64,000 nt of DNA. Origin: Octopus sinensis. Its lineage: Eukaryota. Both the position numbers and the translations under genes were made by a program. Positions 50,842-64,000 of the stretch are shown one piece after another. Below the pieces are notes generated by a model. That model made no database searches, had not been told where the DNA came from, and saw only the letters and a program-made list of their open reading frames with translations. Within the stretch, counting starts at the first letter, position 1. Each line of letters begins with the position of its first letter. The stretch covers positions 21,142,001-21,206,000 of the forward strand of contig NC_043010.1 in NCBI RefSeq assembly GCF_006345805.1, in the 5' to 3' direction.

Positions 50842-51087
50842 TTAATATATATCCAAATTGAGGGACTGGAACGAGTAAAATGCTGGCTACATATGTATCT
50901 TCGCAAGCTGATCTTTTGATGTACTATCCACTTTTTGTTCTCTATACCTGCCACTAACTGCTTCAAGCTAACAAACTTCCTACACTTGGATCCCTGAATC
51001 TTAGTCGTGTACATATGTGACCGCGTGTGTACCGTTGGCGATTTTTTTTCCTCTGCCTTCCCTTCTCTGGATATTTCCTTCTCCTAT

Positions 51088-51122
51088 GTTTCCGACGAAG
51101 AGCTCCGATCGAAACGTTAGAC
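51088..51122 (+). ncRNA. Degenerate minimal hammerhead motif within a PLE-type repeat (about 50990-51210)
   Basis: GUUU-CCGACGA (U4C)-A-GAGC-UCC-GAUC-GAAAC-GUU-AGAC. Confidence 0.5.
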
Positions 51123-51212
51123 CCCCCCCTTCTTTCCTTAGCGTCCAATAATACTATATTTGTTCCACGTCCTCGTGTTGTTGTGTGTTTTTTGTGCGTT
51201 CTTGTTTTGATC

Positions 51213-51267
<55 letters not shown>

Positions 51268-51576
51268 ATATATAATTATATATATATATATATGTGTGTG
51301 TTTGTATTTATATATATACTCTTTTATTTGTTTCAGCCATTTGACTGCAGTCATGCTGGAGCACCGCCTTTAGTCGAGCAAATCGACCCCAGGACTTATT
51401 CTTTGTAAGCCCAGTACTTATCTTATCGGTCTCTTATGCCGAACCGCTGTTACGGAGGCGTTAACGCACCAACATCGATTGTCAAGCGATGGTGGGGAGA
51501 CACACAGACACAGAAACACACACGCACACACACACTCAGACACACACACAGAGACGCACACACACACACACACATA

Positions 51577-51625
<49 letters not shown>

Positions 51626-51728
51626 CACACATATATACGACGAGGTTCTTTCAGTTTCCGTCTACCAAATCCACTCACAAGACTTTGGTCGGCCTAAGGT
51701 TGTAGCAGAAGACACTTGCCCAAGGTGC

Positions 51729-51776
<48 letters not shown>

Positions 51777-51899
51777 ACCGGCAGAATCACCGTTAACAAT
51801 GCTATCCTTATTATTGATATTAAGTTCTCCCTCTTTACTAACATTAACTCAATATACGAGATCCCCCTCCTTACCAGTAGAATCATGACCATTACATTC

Positions 51900-52177
51900 C
51901 GCCACCTCCACCGCTACCGCCAACATCACTACCACTAACGTACCACAGATTACCACTGCCGATACCATCGACATAACTACCACCACCAATACCGTCTTCA
52001 CTGCAATCAAAACGTCCAACTGAACTACCACCACCACCACCACCACCACCACCACCACCACCACTACCACCACCACCACCACAATCACTACCACTACTAT
52101 TACTGCTGCTGCTGCTGCTGCTACAACTACTGCTACTATTACTGCAGCTGCTACCATCACTACTACTACTACTACTA

Positions 52178-52219
<42 letters not shown>

Positions 52220-52600
52220 ACAGTTACTGAAACCGTTACTATCATACCACACCCACCACCACCACCACCACACCACCACCACCACCACCACCACCTATGC
52301 CAATACCGGCTCCACCACCAGCTCCACCACCATAGTCCCTTTATCAAAGCCAACTCCATTACTATCACCACAAGCATCGATACCAACAACACCCGCCTCC
52401 CCCAACCACCGTTACTACTGACATCTATGCCACCAACACAAGCAGTACTACCACCACCAGCACCATCACCACAACAACAACAATACACAACTACCACCAC
52501 CACCACCACCACCACCACCACCACCACCACTATTACCACTACCGCCGCTATCATTAAAATCAACACTACCAGCAGCAGCAGCAGCAGCAGCAGGCGTAAT
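51900..52600. repeat. (ACC)n/(ACT)n/(GCT)n compound low-complexity tract
   Basis: Direct inspection; similar tracts at 22620-22880 and 62600-63660 (opposite strand). Confidence 0.9.
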
Positions 52601-53367
52601 TGTCCCTCTCGGGTAAGTTGCATAGGCTTCCTGTTTATGCCATTAACCCTATCTTTTGGTCATCTCACCCTAGCAAGGAGGAAAAAAGAAAGAGAAAAAC
52701 AAACGGAAAAAGAAAAAACCTGCTCGATTCGAAGAATTCTTCCTTGTCCTCGCCATTAATTGTTCTTCGTAGTTTCTTCAAATTCTGTCCCTTCTCGTTT
52801 TGTCTGTCTGTTTGTCTTTCTGTCTGTCTGTCTGTATGTCTGTCTGTCCGTCTCTCTCTCTCACTGTATATTTCTCTCTGACCCTTTTCCCCTACTCACT
52901 CAGTGTTCCTGCTCGTTTATATTCCCTCTCTTGCTTCCCTCCTACTCTTTCTCTCACTCTCATCTTTATGTCTGTCCGTCTGTCTGCCTCTCTCTCTCTT
53001 TCTCGCTCTTACTTCTCTCTTTCTCTTTCTCAGTTCCTTCTTTTGCTTTGTTTCATTGTCTGTCTCTCTCTCTTACTCTCTCTCTCTCCCACCCAGGCCC
53101 TTACAAAAGTTATATACAAACAACACCACACATCTCATTTATTTCCAAGAATCTCTTAACATTACACATATGCCACAACATGTCTTCTTCCACAGTCAAA
53201 CCGACCGGAAGGCATCTACGTGGTTCCACGACCTACTAAAAATGTTAACCAAATATTCCTTACACCTTACTGAATATAGAAAGCGGGAAGAGATTTCAAA
53301 CGATGTAATTCCGTTGAGCTTTGCTCTTGTAGCAACAACTGAACCAGTGGATTTCAATAGGGGTCAG

Positions 53368-53545
53368 TATGAGATTTTGGGTGTCTACTAAAGCAAGATT
53401 CGGGATTACAGTAATATTTCAAGGATTAATGAAAAATATGTTGTTTTGGGGCCCCGCATGAGATTTTGGGCGTCTATTTAAGCAAGATAGAAAACTGGAG
53501 ACCCACAGTAATATTTCAAGGGTTCACGAAAAAATGTTTTGCTGT
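53368..53545. repeat. Local tandem duplication, about 90-bp period
   Basis: ATGAGATTTTGGG.GTCTA.T.AAGCAAGAT..CAGTAATATTTCAAGG occurs twice. Confidence 0.8.
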
Positions 53546-55277
53546 AAGAAACAGCTACGTTTCTTTCCCTTACATTTTACATAATTTAACATGTTTACTA
53601 TGACTGAAACATGTTCTCAAGAGAGCGCAGATTTAGGATCTTGTCGGTTTGGCTCCCAGCATCAATTCTGTCCAAATTGATTTCATATTCAGTGTAATGA
53701 TACACTAATTAATAAGCTAATTAATGACGTGAAAATAATTTTTGCTATAAATCAATAAATAAAAAAGTTATTTGTAATTAAGTTTTGAAAATTTTGGTAA
53801 TTTTAGCCAATCATACGCCACAGACATATCCATGCCTCTTTCGATAGTAAGGAGCGGAACATGAGAACTGTTGCCATAGTAACAATCTTTGAAAAGTCTT
53901 TTATCTGCAAGGAAATCTGCGAAGAATTTGACGCTGTGTTCTGTGTGATTATGGCAGCAGGTTCCAGGAACTTCGCTTCAATTAAAATTGAAAACAGAGG
54001 AGGATACTATGTCGTACCTTCTAGAAAATGGTGTTATACCCGAAAGAAAATGTTTGCTTATTAAGCATATCTAAATTGTAATTAAATATATTTAAATTGT
54101 AACGTGTTCATCGCATTTGCACCTAATATCTTTTGAATGCTTAAATGTTGGTTTATTCGTTTTTTTTCGTCATTGAGCATCGAAGTGGTGGTTGTGAGGT
54201 GTGCTAAAATAACAGCTAAATAAGATATTTTGGATAAATCTTTTTAATTAACAAACATTTATTTAGATGAAAGAAAATTACCGGAGCCATAACGCGTGTT
54301 ATTTTACAAATATCGGCAACACGTGCTATTTTCAGGATGTTGACAATAAAATGTGCAGTCACGAACAAAAGGACAGCTTCCAAATCCTGTTTCTTGACTG
54401 GGTGAAAATGATTAAATTTTAAACCTCTATAACTTTTTTAAAACATTTTTCTGGAAAAAATGAAGTAACTCCAGCATTTTGTGCTAAATTTTAAAATTTT
54501 CGGTAAACTTTAATTTTTGAAATGCTGGCATCCAAACCGAAGAGCAAAGGCTTGGAAAACAAAATAGAAATTTTGAAAGATGTATCCATAAAACTAATTT
54601 TTAAACATCGAATGGCAATGGGGTTCCAGCAAAACAAAATAGCAATCAAAGGTGTCCATAGGTTTAAAAAATGGTTGAGGACAACTGAACTGAACACTTT
54701 TCTCATTGAATTTTAGCAAAGTTGACTGAGTATTCCACAGAATCGTGTACTCTAAACGTAATCCTCTAGTATAAGGAGTGGCTGTGTAGTAAGAAGCTTG
54801 CTTCTCAACCATATGGGTCTGGGTTCAGTCCCACTGCGTGGCACTTTTGCCAAGTATCATCTACTATGCACTCGAACCGATTAATGCCGTCTTCTTTTAG
54901 CTGCTAGCTGGGGCACCGCGTTGAAGAATTTTTAGTTCAACAAATCGATCCCAGTACTTTTTTTTTCAAGTCTGGGACTTATTCTGTCGGTTTCTTTTGC
55001 CGAACCGCTAAGTTACAGGGAGGTAAACACACCAACATTGGTAGTCAAGCGGTGATAGCGGACAAACACAGATACGCACGCGCACACACTCACATACACA
55101 CACACACACACACACGAATATACGACAAGCTTCTTTCAGTTTCTCTGTACCAAATCTGCACGCAAGGCTTTAGTTGGCGCGAGGCTATAGCAGAAGACAC
55201 TTGCCCAAGGTGTAAAATCACAAGCTCGTGTAACTTGACTGCTTCTAGTAACACAGTTATAATTTTCGCAAATTCCC

Positions 55278-55627
55278 TCTATCTTGTAACACAATAATCT
55301 GTTGTGACACAGCTAACTCTTGTAACTCGACCACTACTTCTTGTAACACAACTATATTTTTTGCAACATTACAATATCCTGTAACAATAATCTGTTGTGA
55401 CACAACTACCTCTTGTAATTTGTCTACTTTTTGTAACAAAACTACATTTTTGTAAAACACAGCTATATTTTTTGTAACATCACTATATCCTGTAACACAA
55501 TAATCTGTAATGACACACAACTACCTCTTGTAACACAACTGCATTTTTTGTAACTTGCCTTCTTGTAACAACTATATTTTTTGTAACATCATTATATCCT
55601 GTAACACAATAATCTGTTGTGACACAT
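55278..55627. repeat. TGTAAC-core minisatellite with higher-order units
   Basis: TGTAACACAATAATCTGT and CTATATTTTTTG.AACAT..TATCC recur three to four times. Confidence 0.85.
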
Positions 55628-56329
55628 TAAATATCACTTCGGTCACTTACCAATATCAACAGAACACTGAACATCGTCACAAAAACAACCTCACGATCGG
55701 CATCTCCCCAATCCTCCACCCCTTCTCCTTGTCATCATCGTTGTCATTGTCATCATCATCATCATCGCCTATAGAAGACACAACCATTTCCATCGTGTAC
55801 TCACTAACACTACCGCCACCACTACTACGACAACGACGACCGCAACATGACGACGACAATGATGATGATGATGTTGATGATGATGATCATGGCGATGAAG
55901 CTATGAAGTAAACACGAACACAAAAGAAACCGAACCAGACTAAACCAAATCTAGAGATGTGTAGGGGTGGCGGCGGCGGCGGTGGTGGTGGTGGGGATTG
56001 TGTTGAGCTGTAAAAGTGTAGAGAACTGGTTCGAGGCGAAGAGGTTTTGTGTCTGACAACAGCAGAAGTTGCGGCTAATAAAAACGGTGAAGATAAGATA
56101 ACAATAACATCAGACCAACAAGCCACAAGAAATCAAGAGGGATGGCGGGGGGAAGGTGACGAGGAGGAGGCGGAGAAGAAGAAAGAGAAGAGGAAGGAGA
56201 AGAAGATGATGATTAGGACGATGTTGATGAAGATGGTGTTGGTGATGAAGATGGTTTAGATGAAATTGAAAACGAAGTAGTAAGTAGTAGTAGTAGTAGT
56301 AGTAGTAGTACTACTACTACTACTACTAC

Positions 56330-56650
56330 TACTAGTGGAAAGAGAAGAACGGTGACGAAAATGATGATAATAAAGAGAATAAGAAGTCGATGATGATGAT
56401 GATGATGATGACGATCAAGAAATAAAGGAGAAAGAAGGAGGAGGAGAGAAGAAGAAGAAGAAAGAAGAAGAAGAAGAAGAAAGAAGAAGAAGAAAGAAGA
56501 GAAGAAGAAGAAGAAGAGAAGAAGAAGGAAGAAGAAGGAGAAGAAGAAAGAAGAAGAAGAAAAGAAGAAAAGAAGAAGGAGAAGAAGAAGAAGAAAAAGA
56601 AGAAGAAGAAGAAGAAGAAGAAGAAGAAGAAGAAGAAGAAGAAGAAGAAA
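56330..56650. repeat. (TAG/TAC)n, (GAT)n and imperfect (GAA/GGA)n purine tract
   Basis: Direct inspection. Confidence 0.9.
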
Positions 56651-57646
56651 TGCTGAATGAAGAAAGAAAAACAGAAAAAAATATTGGTTTGGCGGTGGTG
56701 ACGGGGGAGAGGATCCGGGCAGAAGAAATGGTTTCCTTTGTTCTGTAGAACTTGCAAATTCTGGAAGGATGACAGCTATGTCAGAAAGGTGAACGAGACG
56801 TGCTGGCTTTCATGCCTACAGGACACTACTGTGTGTCACTGACGTTTTATTTGGTGGGCCTCTTACCGTTTTGTTTTTACAAGGAATACGGAGTTGTTGG
56901 AGGTTTGGATGTATGTCTGTACGGCTTTCGATCTGTTTGTGTATAAGTCTGGCGTGGCAAAGCTTCCCTTTTGTGTGTGCGTTTGTGTGTGTGTGTTGTC
57001 ATTATGTTTGAATGTGTTTATGCGTGTGTGTGCGTTGCATGTGTATATTTTCGCATGCCAGTATCTCTTCGTATGTCTTAATATGTTTGTGCGAGTGTAT
57101 GGTTTAGAAAGTACGTGGGTGTGTTTCTTTCTGTGTGTGTATGTGTGTGTGAGTGTGTGTGTATCTGTGTTTGTGTGTCTGTGTGTATATCTATGTGTAT
57201 GAGAGTAAATATGTATCTAAATACCTGTGTTTCTGTGTGTACGTGCGTGTTTGTGAGGGTGTAGCTGTCTTTGTACGTATTTGTGTCCACGACTGCGTAT
57301 TTGTGTGTATAAACCTGTTTTATGAGAGTAAATATGAAACTAAATGTCTGTGTGTGTATGTGTGTGCACTTCTCAAGACAAGACAATAAGAAGTACAAGT
57401 TAGAGAGGATTGATAAGAGAAAGGCCGGAAAGGAAAGAAAATAACAAAAGGCAAAAACTACAAAAATATACAAACAAATGAATAAATAAATAAACAGAGG
57501 CAGTCTATAGAAGTTTCTGGTTGAAGAAAAGAGCGAGTAGAAGCCGACAGAATGCTGATGAAGTGTTTAAAGAATTGAGTGGGTGGGGAGGGGGAGGTGT
57601 TGGTGAAGATGGTGGTGGCCATGATGATGATGCCGACGACGACGAC

Positions 57647-57683
<37 letters not shown>

Positions 57684-57737
57684 ATTTGCCACAAGGACAA
57701 AGAAAATACGAAGCATTTCATTACTGTATCGAAGACA

Positions 57738-57809
<72 letters not shown>

Positions 57810-57810
57810 A

Positions 57811-58339
57811 AATGCCCTGATGCAGTACCAGGCAGTGGCTCTCATGGCTGCTGATCTTAACTGATTGAAAGTGTTTTCATGTACATTGTTTTGTCTTGGT
57901 ATAAAAGATTGGCTACAGCAAATATTCTGTTCAATACCACAGATTTGCTTGTCAGTTGTTTGACCTTAACCAGTTGAGCATGTCCCTTAGTGGCTGACGA
58001 TGTGTGCATCTCTGATCACGAGCAGAAGTAGTGGGGCAGCATCATAGCCGTGTGTTGAAAGGAATTCTTAGAAGTTTGGATAATTCACATTTGGAAACAT
58101 GGGTGGTTCGTTCAATATCCTTAAACAATCATTATTCAGGGACCTTTTGAGCGGGATGTGTTACTCGACCAGAAGGTTATGTGCTGTTTATCATGATATG
58201 AGATCACCATGTTGTGCACATATGGTTGTGATGCATGTGCCTAGTGTACACTTATCAGACGGATAGTCATGATGGCTATACTGGGCTTCGTATATTTTAC
58301 CCCAGTGTCACTTTGATGGCATGCACTGCCCTCTCACTC

Positions 58340-58340
<1 letters not shown>
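57811..58340 (+). mobile_element. Interspersed-repeat fragment lying in (AAT)n; probable 3' end of a non-LTR element
   Basis: GC-richer 530-bp block with (AAT)n on both sides, ending CTCTCACTC-AATAAT; family not provable from this window. Confidence 0.4.
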
Positions 58341-58388
<48 letters not shown>

Positions 58389-58423
58389 TAATAATAATAA
58401 TAATAATAATAATGGTAATAATA

Positions 58424-58486
<63 letters not shown>

Positions 58487-58513
58487 TAATAATAATAATA
58501 ATAATAATAATAA

Positions 58514-59693
58514 GGATCTTTTCTAAAAGATGGACAGAATTTTCTACTTAACTAAATAATTTGAAACTTCGTATACTGGTAGAATGTGTCAAAAGAAAAC
58601 ATTAATTTCAATTATTTTTTTTGGGAAAAATGTATTTTGTAACTTTTACGTAGTTTAATTCTTCGAATTTTAACCAATCGTATTCTCTGTTTTGACCTCA
58701 ATTCATTTCTGCCCTGTTATTCGTCCTTATCCATGTCTTCTGTCTTCTGTCTTCAAAGGCTTCTCGCATGTTTATTTCAATGTCATCCCTGACTTACGGA
58801 ACGATTACTTGTGTGAGTGTGTGTTTGTTGTGTATGTGTGTGCGTGTGTGTGTTTGTTGTGTGTGTGTGTGTTATTGTTGTGTATGTGTGTGCGTTTGTG
58901 TGTTTGTTGTATGTGTGTTATTGTTGTGTATGTATGTGTGTGTGTGTGTGTTATTGTTGTGTATGTTTGTGTGTTTGTTGTGTGTGTGTGTGTTATTGTT
59001 GTGTATGTGTGTGTGTTTTTGTTGTGTATGTGTGCGTGTGTGTGTGTCTTTTTGTTGTGTATGTGTGTGTGTGTGTGTGTTTTGTTGTGTATATGTGCGT
59101 GTGTTGTGTATCTCTTAAATCGATGAATTTCGTCGCCCAATAAAAATATTAACGATATTTTTTGAACTTTGATATCGTTAATATTTTATTGGGCGACGAA
59201 ATTCATCGATTTAAGAGATACACAACACACGCATACATACACAACAAAAACACACACACATACACAACAAAAGGACACACACATACACAACAAACACACA
59301 CACACATACACAACAATAACACACACACACACATACACAACAATAACACACAGACACACACACGCACATACATACACAACAAACACACACACACACAGGT
59401 AATCGTTCCGTAAGTCAGGGATGACATTGAAATAAACATGCGAGAAGCCTTCGAAGACAGAAGACAGAAGACATGGATAAGGACGAATAACAGGGCAGAA
59501 ATGAATTGAGGTCAAAACAGAGAATACGATTGGTTAAAATTCGAAGAATTAAACTACGTAAAAGTTCCAAAATATATTTTTCTCAAAAAAACTAATTGAA
59601 ATTAATGTTTTCTTTTGACACATTCTACCAGTATACGAAGTTTCAAATTATTTAGTTAAGTAGAAAATTCTGTCCATCTTTTAGAAAAGATCC
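58514..59693. mobile_element. 1180-bp fold-back element (near-perfect palindrome) inserted in (AAT)n
   Basis: Termini GGATCTTTTCTAAAAGATGG / CCATCTTTTAGAAAAGATCC; about 296-bp outer arms differing at roughly 6 sites; TG/CA-rich inner arms; 13-nt loop 59159-59171. Confidence 0.85.
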
Positions 59694-59741
<48 letters not shown>

Positions 59742-59968
59742 TTCTCTATTGCCCATAAAGAGCTAAACATAGAGGGGACAAACAAGGACAGACAAACGGA
59801 TTAAGTCGATTATATCGACCCAGTGCGTAACTGGTACTTATTTAATCGACCCGAAAAGGATGAAAGGCAAAGTCTACCTTGGCGGAATTTGAACTCAGAA
59901 CGTAACGGCTGACGAAATACCGCTAATCATTTCGTCCAGCGTGGTAACGATTCTGCCAGCTTGCCGCC

Positions 59969-60031
<63 letters not shown>

Positions 60032-63000
60032 GCAACAACAAAAATAAATGCAATAACGGAGGTGGAGAGTGAGGAGAAGTAGTAGCAGGAGCATGAAAAG
60101 GAGGTCGGAGAAGACATCAAACCGGATGTAAAAACAGGACATACATAACCCTTAAAATCGTTAAAACTTCAAAAGACTAAACTTTACAAAAATGTTTTGC
60201 CCTTTACGTTGTTTTACATTAAACAGGTAAAGAAGAAAATTAGAAGAACCTCAATATTGCAGAACAGTATGTTAAGCAGCGCAGTGATTAACTGGTGAGG
60301 TAATAGTAATGATTAAAAAAAAAGGTGTACATTTACCTAATCCAATATTATCGGATTTCCAAGCCCCTTGTAAGTAATCAAGCTCTGAAGTCTGGAACGA
60401 CTCCTTGTGATCTCAGTGTCGTGATGTTGATACAGTCTTGAAAGCCCAGAAATACCTGATTTTTCAACAGAAAGCGCGGAGGCTTGAAATGTAGAAGAAT
60501 CCCATTTGATGGCAGAGTAAAACCATGCGACCCGGTTGAATGATTCCACGTTTGTATTTGTAAATCCTGATTACATTCATTGGATGTAAGCTTCTACAGA
60601 GACAATGCTGTGTGTCTTCTACAAAATATATCTGGACAGAATATTGATAAAATAAGAGGTACTCGAAGGAACGAGGAAGGCATAATATTACCCTAATTAC
60701 TAATATAATGGCGGCGAACTGACAGAATCGTTAGAACGCCGGGTAAAATGCTTAGCAGCATTTCCTCCGTCCTCACGTTCTGAGTTCAAATCCCGTCGAG
60801 ATCGACTTTGTCATTCATTCTTTCGGAGTTCGATAAAGTAAGAACCAGTTGAGTATTGAGGTCGATGTAATCGACTCCCCCACCCCAACCATGCCCGAAG
60901 TTGCTGGCTTTGTGCCGAAATTTGAAACCGATATTGCTGGGCGTCATCGCAGATCTCAACAGTACAAACCATACAGAAAACAAAACTGGTTTCAAATGTT
61001 GGTAAAAAGGCAGCAGTATCGGAGAGAGAAGGTAAATGGATTGCGTCAGCCCCCATCCCATCAAGTGCTCAACTGAGACTTATCGACCCCGAAAGGATGA
61101 AAGGAAAAGTCGACCACGGTGTAATTTGAACTCGAAACGTAAAGGCAGACGAAATGCCGCCAAGCATTCTGCCCGGCGTACTAACGATTTGGCGTACACG
61201 TTACTTATTCGTTCTGTCTTTTTTTGCCGAAACGCTAAGTCACAGAGATGTAGACAAGCCTAAATCAGTTGTCAACAAGTGGTGGGTGACAAACACAGAT
61301 ACAAAGACACACACACACACACACACACACATGCATACATACATACATACATACATACATACATACTACATACATACATACACACACTCATATTTATGAA
61401 ATAAGATATTATTAAAAATAACAATAATAAAGTGGCCAGCACGCTTAACCAAAATAGGTTAAATATACATAAAAATGTAGGGTATAAAAATGTATACCAA
61501 CTGTGCTAGAAAGAAGAGTCAAGATGGGCTTAAGTGCTTAGCACTGAAGGTGAAATCAATTGATACTGAGATGACAACTTTTCCTTGTGTTTTTGAAAAG
61601 GTAAGAGTTTTTTTAATTTTATATTCGCAACAGTAACCGTGCATGTTTTGTTTATAGTGAGAAATATGTGGCTTTGGAGAGTTGACTCTTCTTTCTCGCA
61701 CAGCTGGTACATATTTTTTATACACTAAATTTATATATATTTATGTAGCGGATATTTTAAATTTAATCATTTATGGTAGACCTAACTGAAGAGAACCAAT
61801 CAGATTTACGTTAATACACGTTTTCTGAATAGTTTGAAACTCGAGTATTAGGTTCTCCATTGCTCTAGCGTTCTCCCTAGAGGTAAGAGAAAGTTTTTTT
61901 TTTTTATATATTCGCCGCCCGCACACATCTCTGCAAATAATGGTATTTCGTGTACCATTACATTACAGACACACACACATATATATGTGTGTGTGTGTGT
62001 ATTTATATAACAGAAAATTAAAGAGGCTGGCAGAATCGTTAGCATGCTGGACGAAAATGCTAAGCAGTATTTCGTCTGCCGGTACATTCTGTGTTCAAAT
62101 TCCGCCGAGGTCGACTTTGCCTTTCATTCTTTCGGGGTCGATTAAATTAGTACCATTTCGCACTGGGGTCGATGTAATCGACTTAATCCCTCTGTCTTTG
62201 TCCCATCTATGTTTAACCCCTTATAGGCAATAAAGAAATAAGTTAAATATATATATATGTATGTATATATATATATGTAAATGACAGTAGTCTCTGTCTA
62301 CCAAATCCACTCACAAGCTTTTGGTTGGCCCGAGGCTATTGTAGAAGATATTTGCCCAAGATGCCACGCAGTGGGACTGAGCCCGGCACCATGTGGTTGG
62401 GAAGCAAGCTTCTTACCACGCAGCCACGATATTTTATTAGAAAGATTTCTGCTTCGTGAAGACTTGGTGCTACTAGATGTACTTTTAAAAGATGAAGTGC
62501 TGTTACAAGAGACAAGACAGTGAAAAAAGCTAGTGGAGTTTCAAGCTATAGGATTGTGTGTTACGAGAGACAGTTGCAATAGTTCAGCGAAAAGTTACGG
62601 TGGTCTGTTTGTTGTGTTGTCGATGGTGGGGTTCAAAATGGTTTCAGTGACAGTCATTTAAGGAGTGGTGATAATGGGAAAAGTAGTAGCGGTGCTGGTA
62701 AGAATGTTGTTGATTGGAGTTATGTTAGCGGTGGTGGTGGTGGTGAAGAAGGCAGTGGCTGTGATGGCTGTTATTTAGGGAGTGTTGATGAGGGCAAGAA
62801 TGGTGGTGTTGTGGCTGGTGGTGGCGAAAATGATTATAAAGGTAGACGTGGCAGTAGCAGCAGTTATTTAGTGGCGATTGGATAACAGTGGAGGCGGTGA
62901 AGGTGGTAGTGGCTGTTGAGGTGGGGATTATACAGGTGGTGAAAGTGGCAGCGGGGTTAGTGATGTTTGTGACGGTGGTGGTAGCGGTTGTAGTGGTTAG

Positions 63001-63809
63001 TGGTTGTGATAGGTTTTAGAGATGATGGTAGTGCTGGTTGTGGTGATAACTGTGGTTGAGGCTGTATAAAAATGTGGGTGGTGTTGGTGATAGCAGTGGC
63101 AGTGATGGAGGGATGCTGATGGCAATAGTAGTGGTTGTAGTAGTGGTGGGTTCAGTGGCAGTTGCAGTAATTGCGGTGTGGGCGGTAGTGGAGTTAGCGG
63201 TTGTTGTGGTCGCACTTGTCTCGGTCACGATGACAAGAAATGGTGGTTGAAGTTTTGGTAGGAATGGTAGCCTGGAAGCTATTTGGTTGCAGTGGTGATA
63301 ATTCTTGATGTAGTAGTAGTGGTGGTGGTAGTAGCGGTGGTGGTAATAGTGGTGGTGGTAGTAGTGGTGGGGGTAATAGTGGTGGTGGTAGTAGTGGTGG
63401 GGGTAATAGTGGTGGTGGTAGTAGTGGTGGTGGTGGTAATAGTGCTCGTGGTAGTAGTGGTGGTGGTAGTAGTGGTGATGATGGTAGTGGCGTAATTGTC
63501 TTGGCCGCGATGACAGTCGTTTAAGACATGGAACTCTAAGTTCAATACCAATAAATAAAAGTTGCCATGTTGTTATTGTGGCTGTCGTTATTGTTGTTTT
63601 GTTGTTGTTTTTGTTGTTGTTGTGCTGGTAGTAGTAGTAGTGGTGGGGTTAGGTGTTGGTAGGCAGATTTTCCCGATTGAAAACTGCGTGGCTCATGGCT
63701 TTGGGCAATAGTGTAGTAATGGCGACTTAAGTACGTGTGTGTGTGTGTATGTGATTATGTGTGTTTGTGTGTTTGCGTGTGTGTGGTTATGTGTGTATGT
63801 GTACGTGAG

Positions 63810-64000
63810 AGTGTGTGCTCGCAGATGATCGCAGGTGTGTGCATATGTGTGTGTGCGCAAATGAGTGTGTGTGTGTATGTGTGCGCGCGCAGATGAGCGT
63901 GTGTGTATATGTGTGTGCGCGCAGATGAGTGTGTGTGTGTATGTGTGTGCGCACGCGCTGATGAGCGTGTGTGTGTGTATATGTATGTGCGTGCAGATGA
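63810..64000. repeat. About 32-bp minisatellite GCGCAGATGAG(C/T)GTGTGTGT.TATGTGTGT
   Basis: At least five copies running to the window end. Confidence 0.85.

Noticed and set aside
53861-54716. Short ORFs in an AT-rich block
   Set aside because: The region looks like DNA-transposon debris (hAT-like end at about 54690); no motifs
63279-63551. Mucin-like Thr-rich ORF
   Set aside because: Low-complexity (GGT/AGT)n tract; similar tracts occur on both strands at 22620 and 51900

Overview
AT-rich eukaryotic DNA, almost certainly octopus; this is inferred from the SINE families and the extreme microsatellite load, not from a database match. The window is mostly non-coding: (TA)n/(CA)n/(AAT)n/(GAA)n/(ACC)n microsatellites plus many transposon copies. 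Recognisable elements: (1) a 5'-truncated, decayed CR1/L2-group LINE with a SINE nested in its endonuclease; (2) three tRNA-derived SINE families in dozens of copies; (3) several Penelope-like element (PLE) fragments, one with a GIY-YIG ORF remnant; (4) a full-length but broken DD34D mariner; (5) two non-autonomous Helitrons; (6) an internally deleted RTE; (7) R4/Dong relics; (8) several fold-back elements, including a 1.18-kb hairpin. The most notable signals are at least six unrelated type I hammerhead-ribozyme motifs in PLE terminal repeats (one fully canonical, 11512-11586, minus strand), a 5-bp/4-nt stem-loop that covaries between the LINE 3' end and a SINE tail, and two phase-compatible candidate last exons of an unidentified minus-strand gene ending in a polybasic region plus a Cys string. 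Nearly all ORFs in the supplied track are microsatellite artefacts. No tools were run: folds and alignments were done by eye, and SINE/repeat boundaries are approximate.
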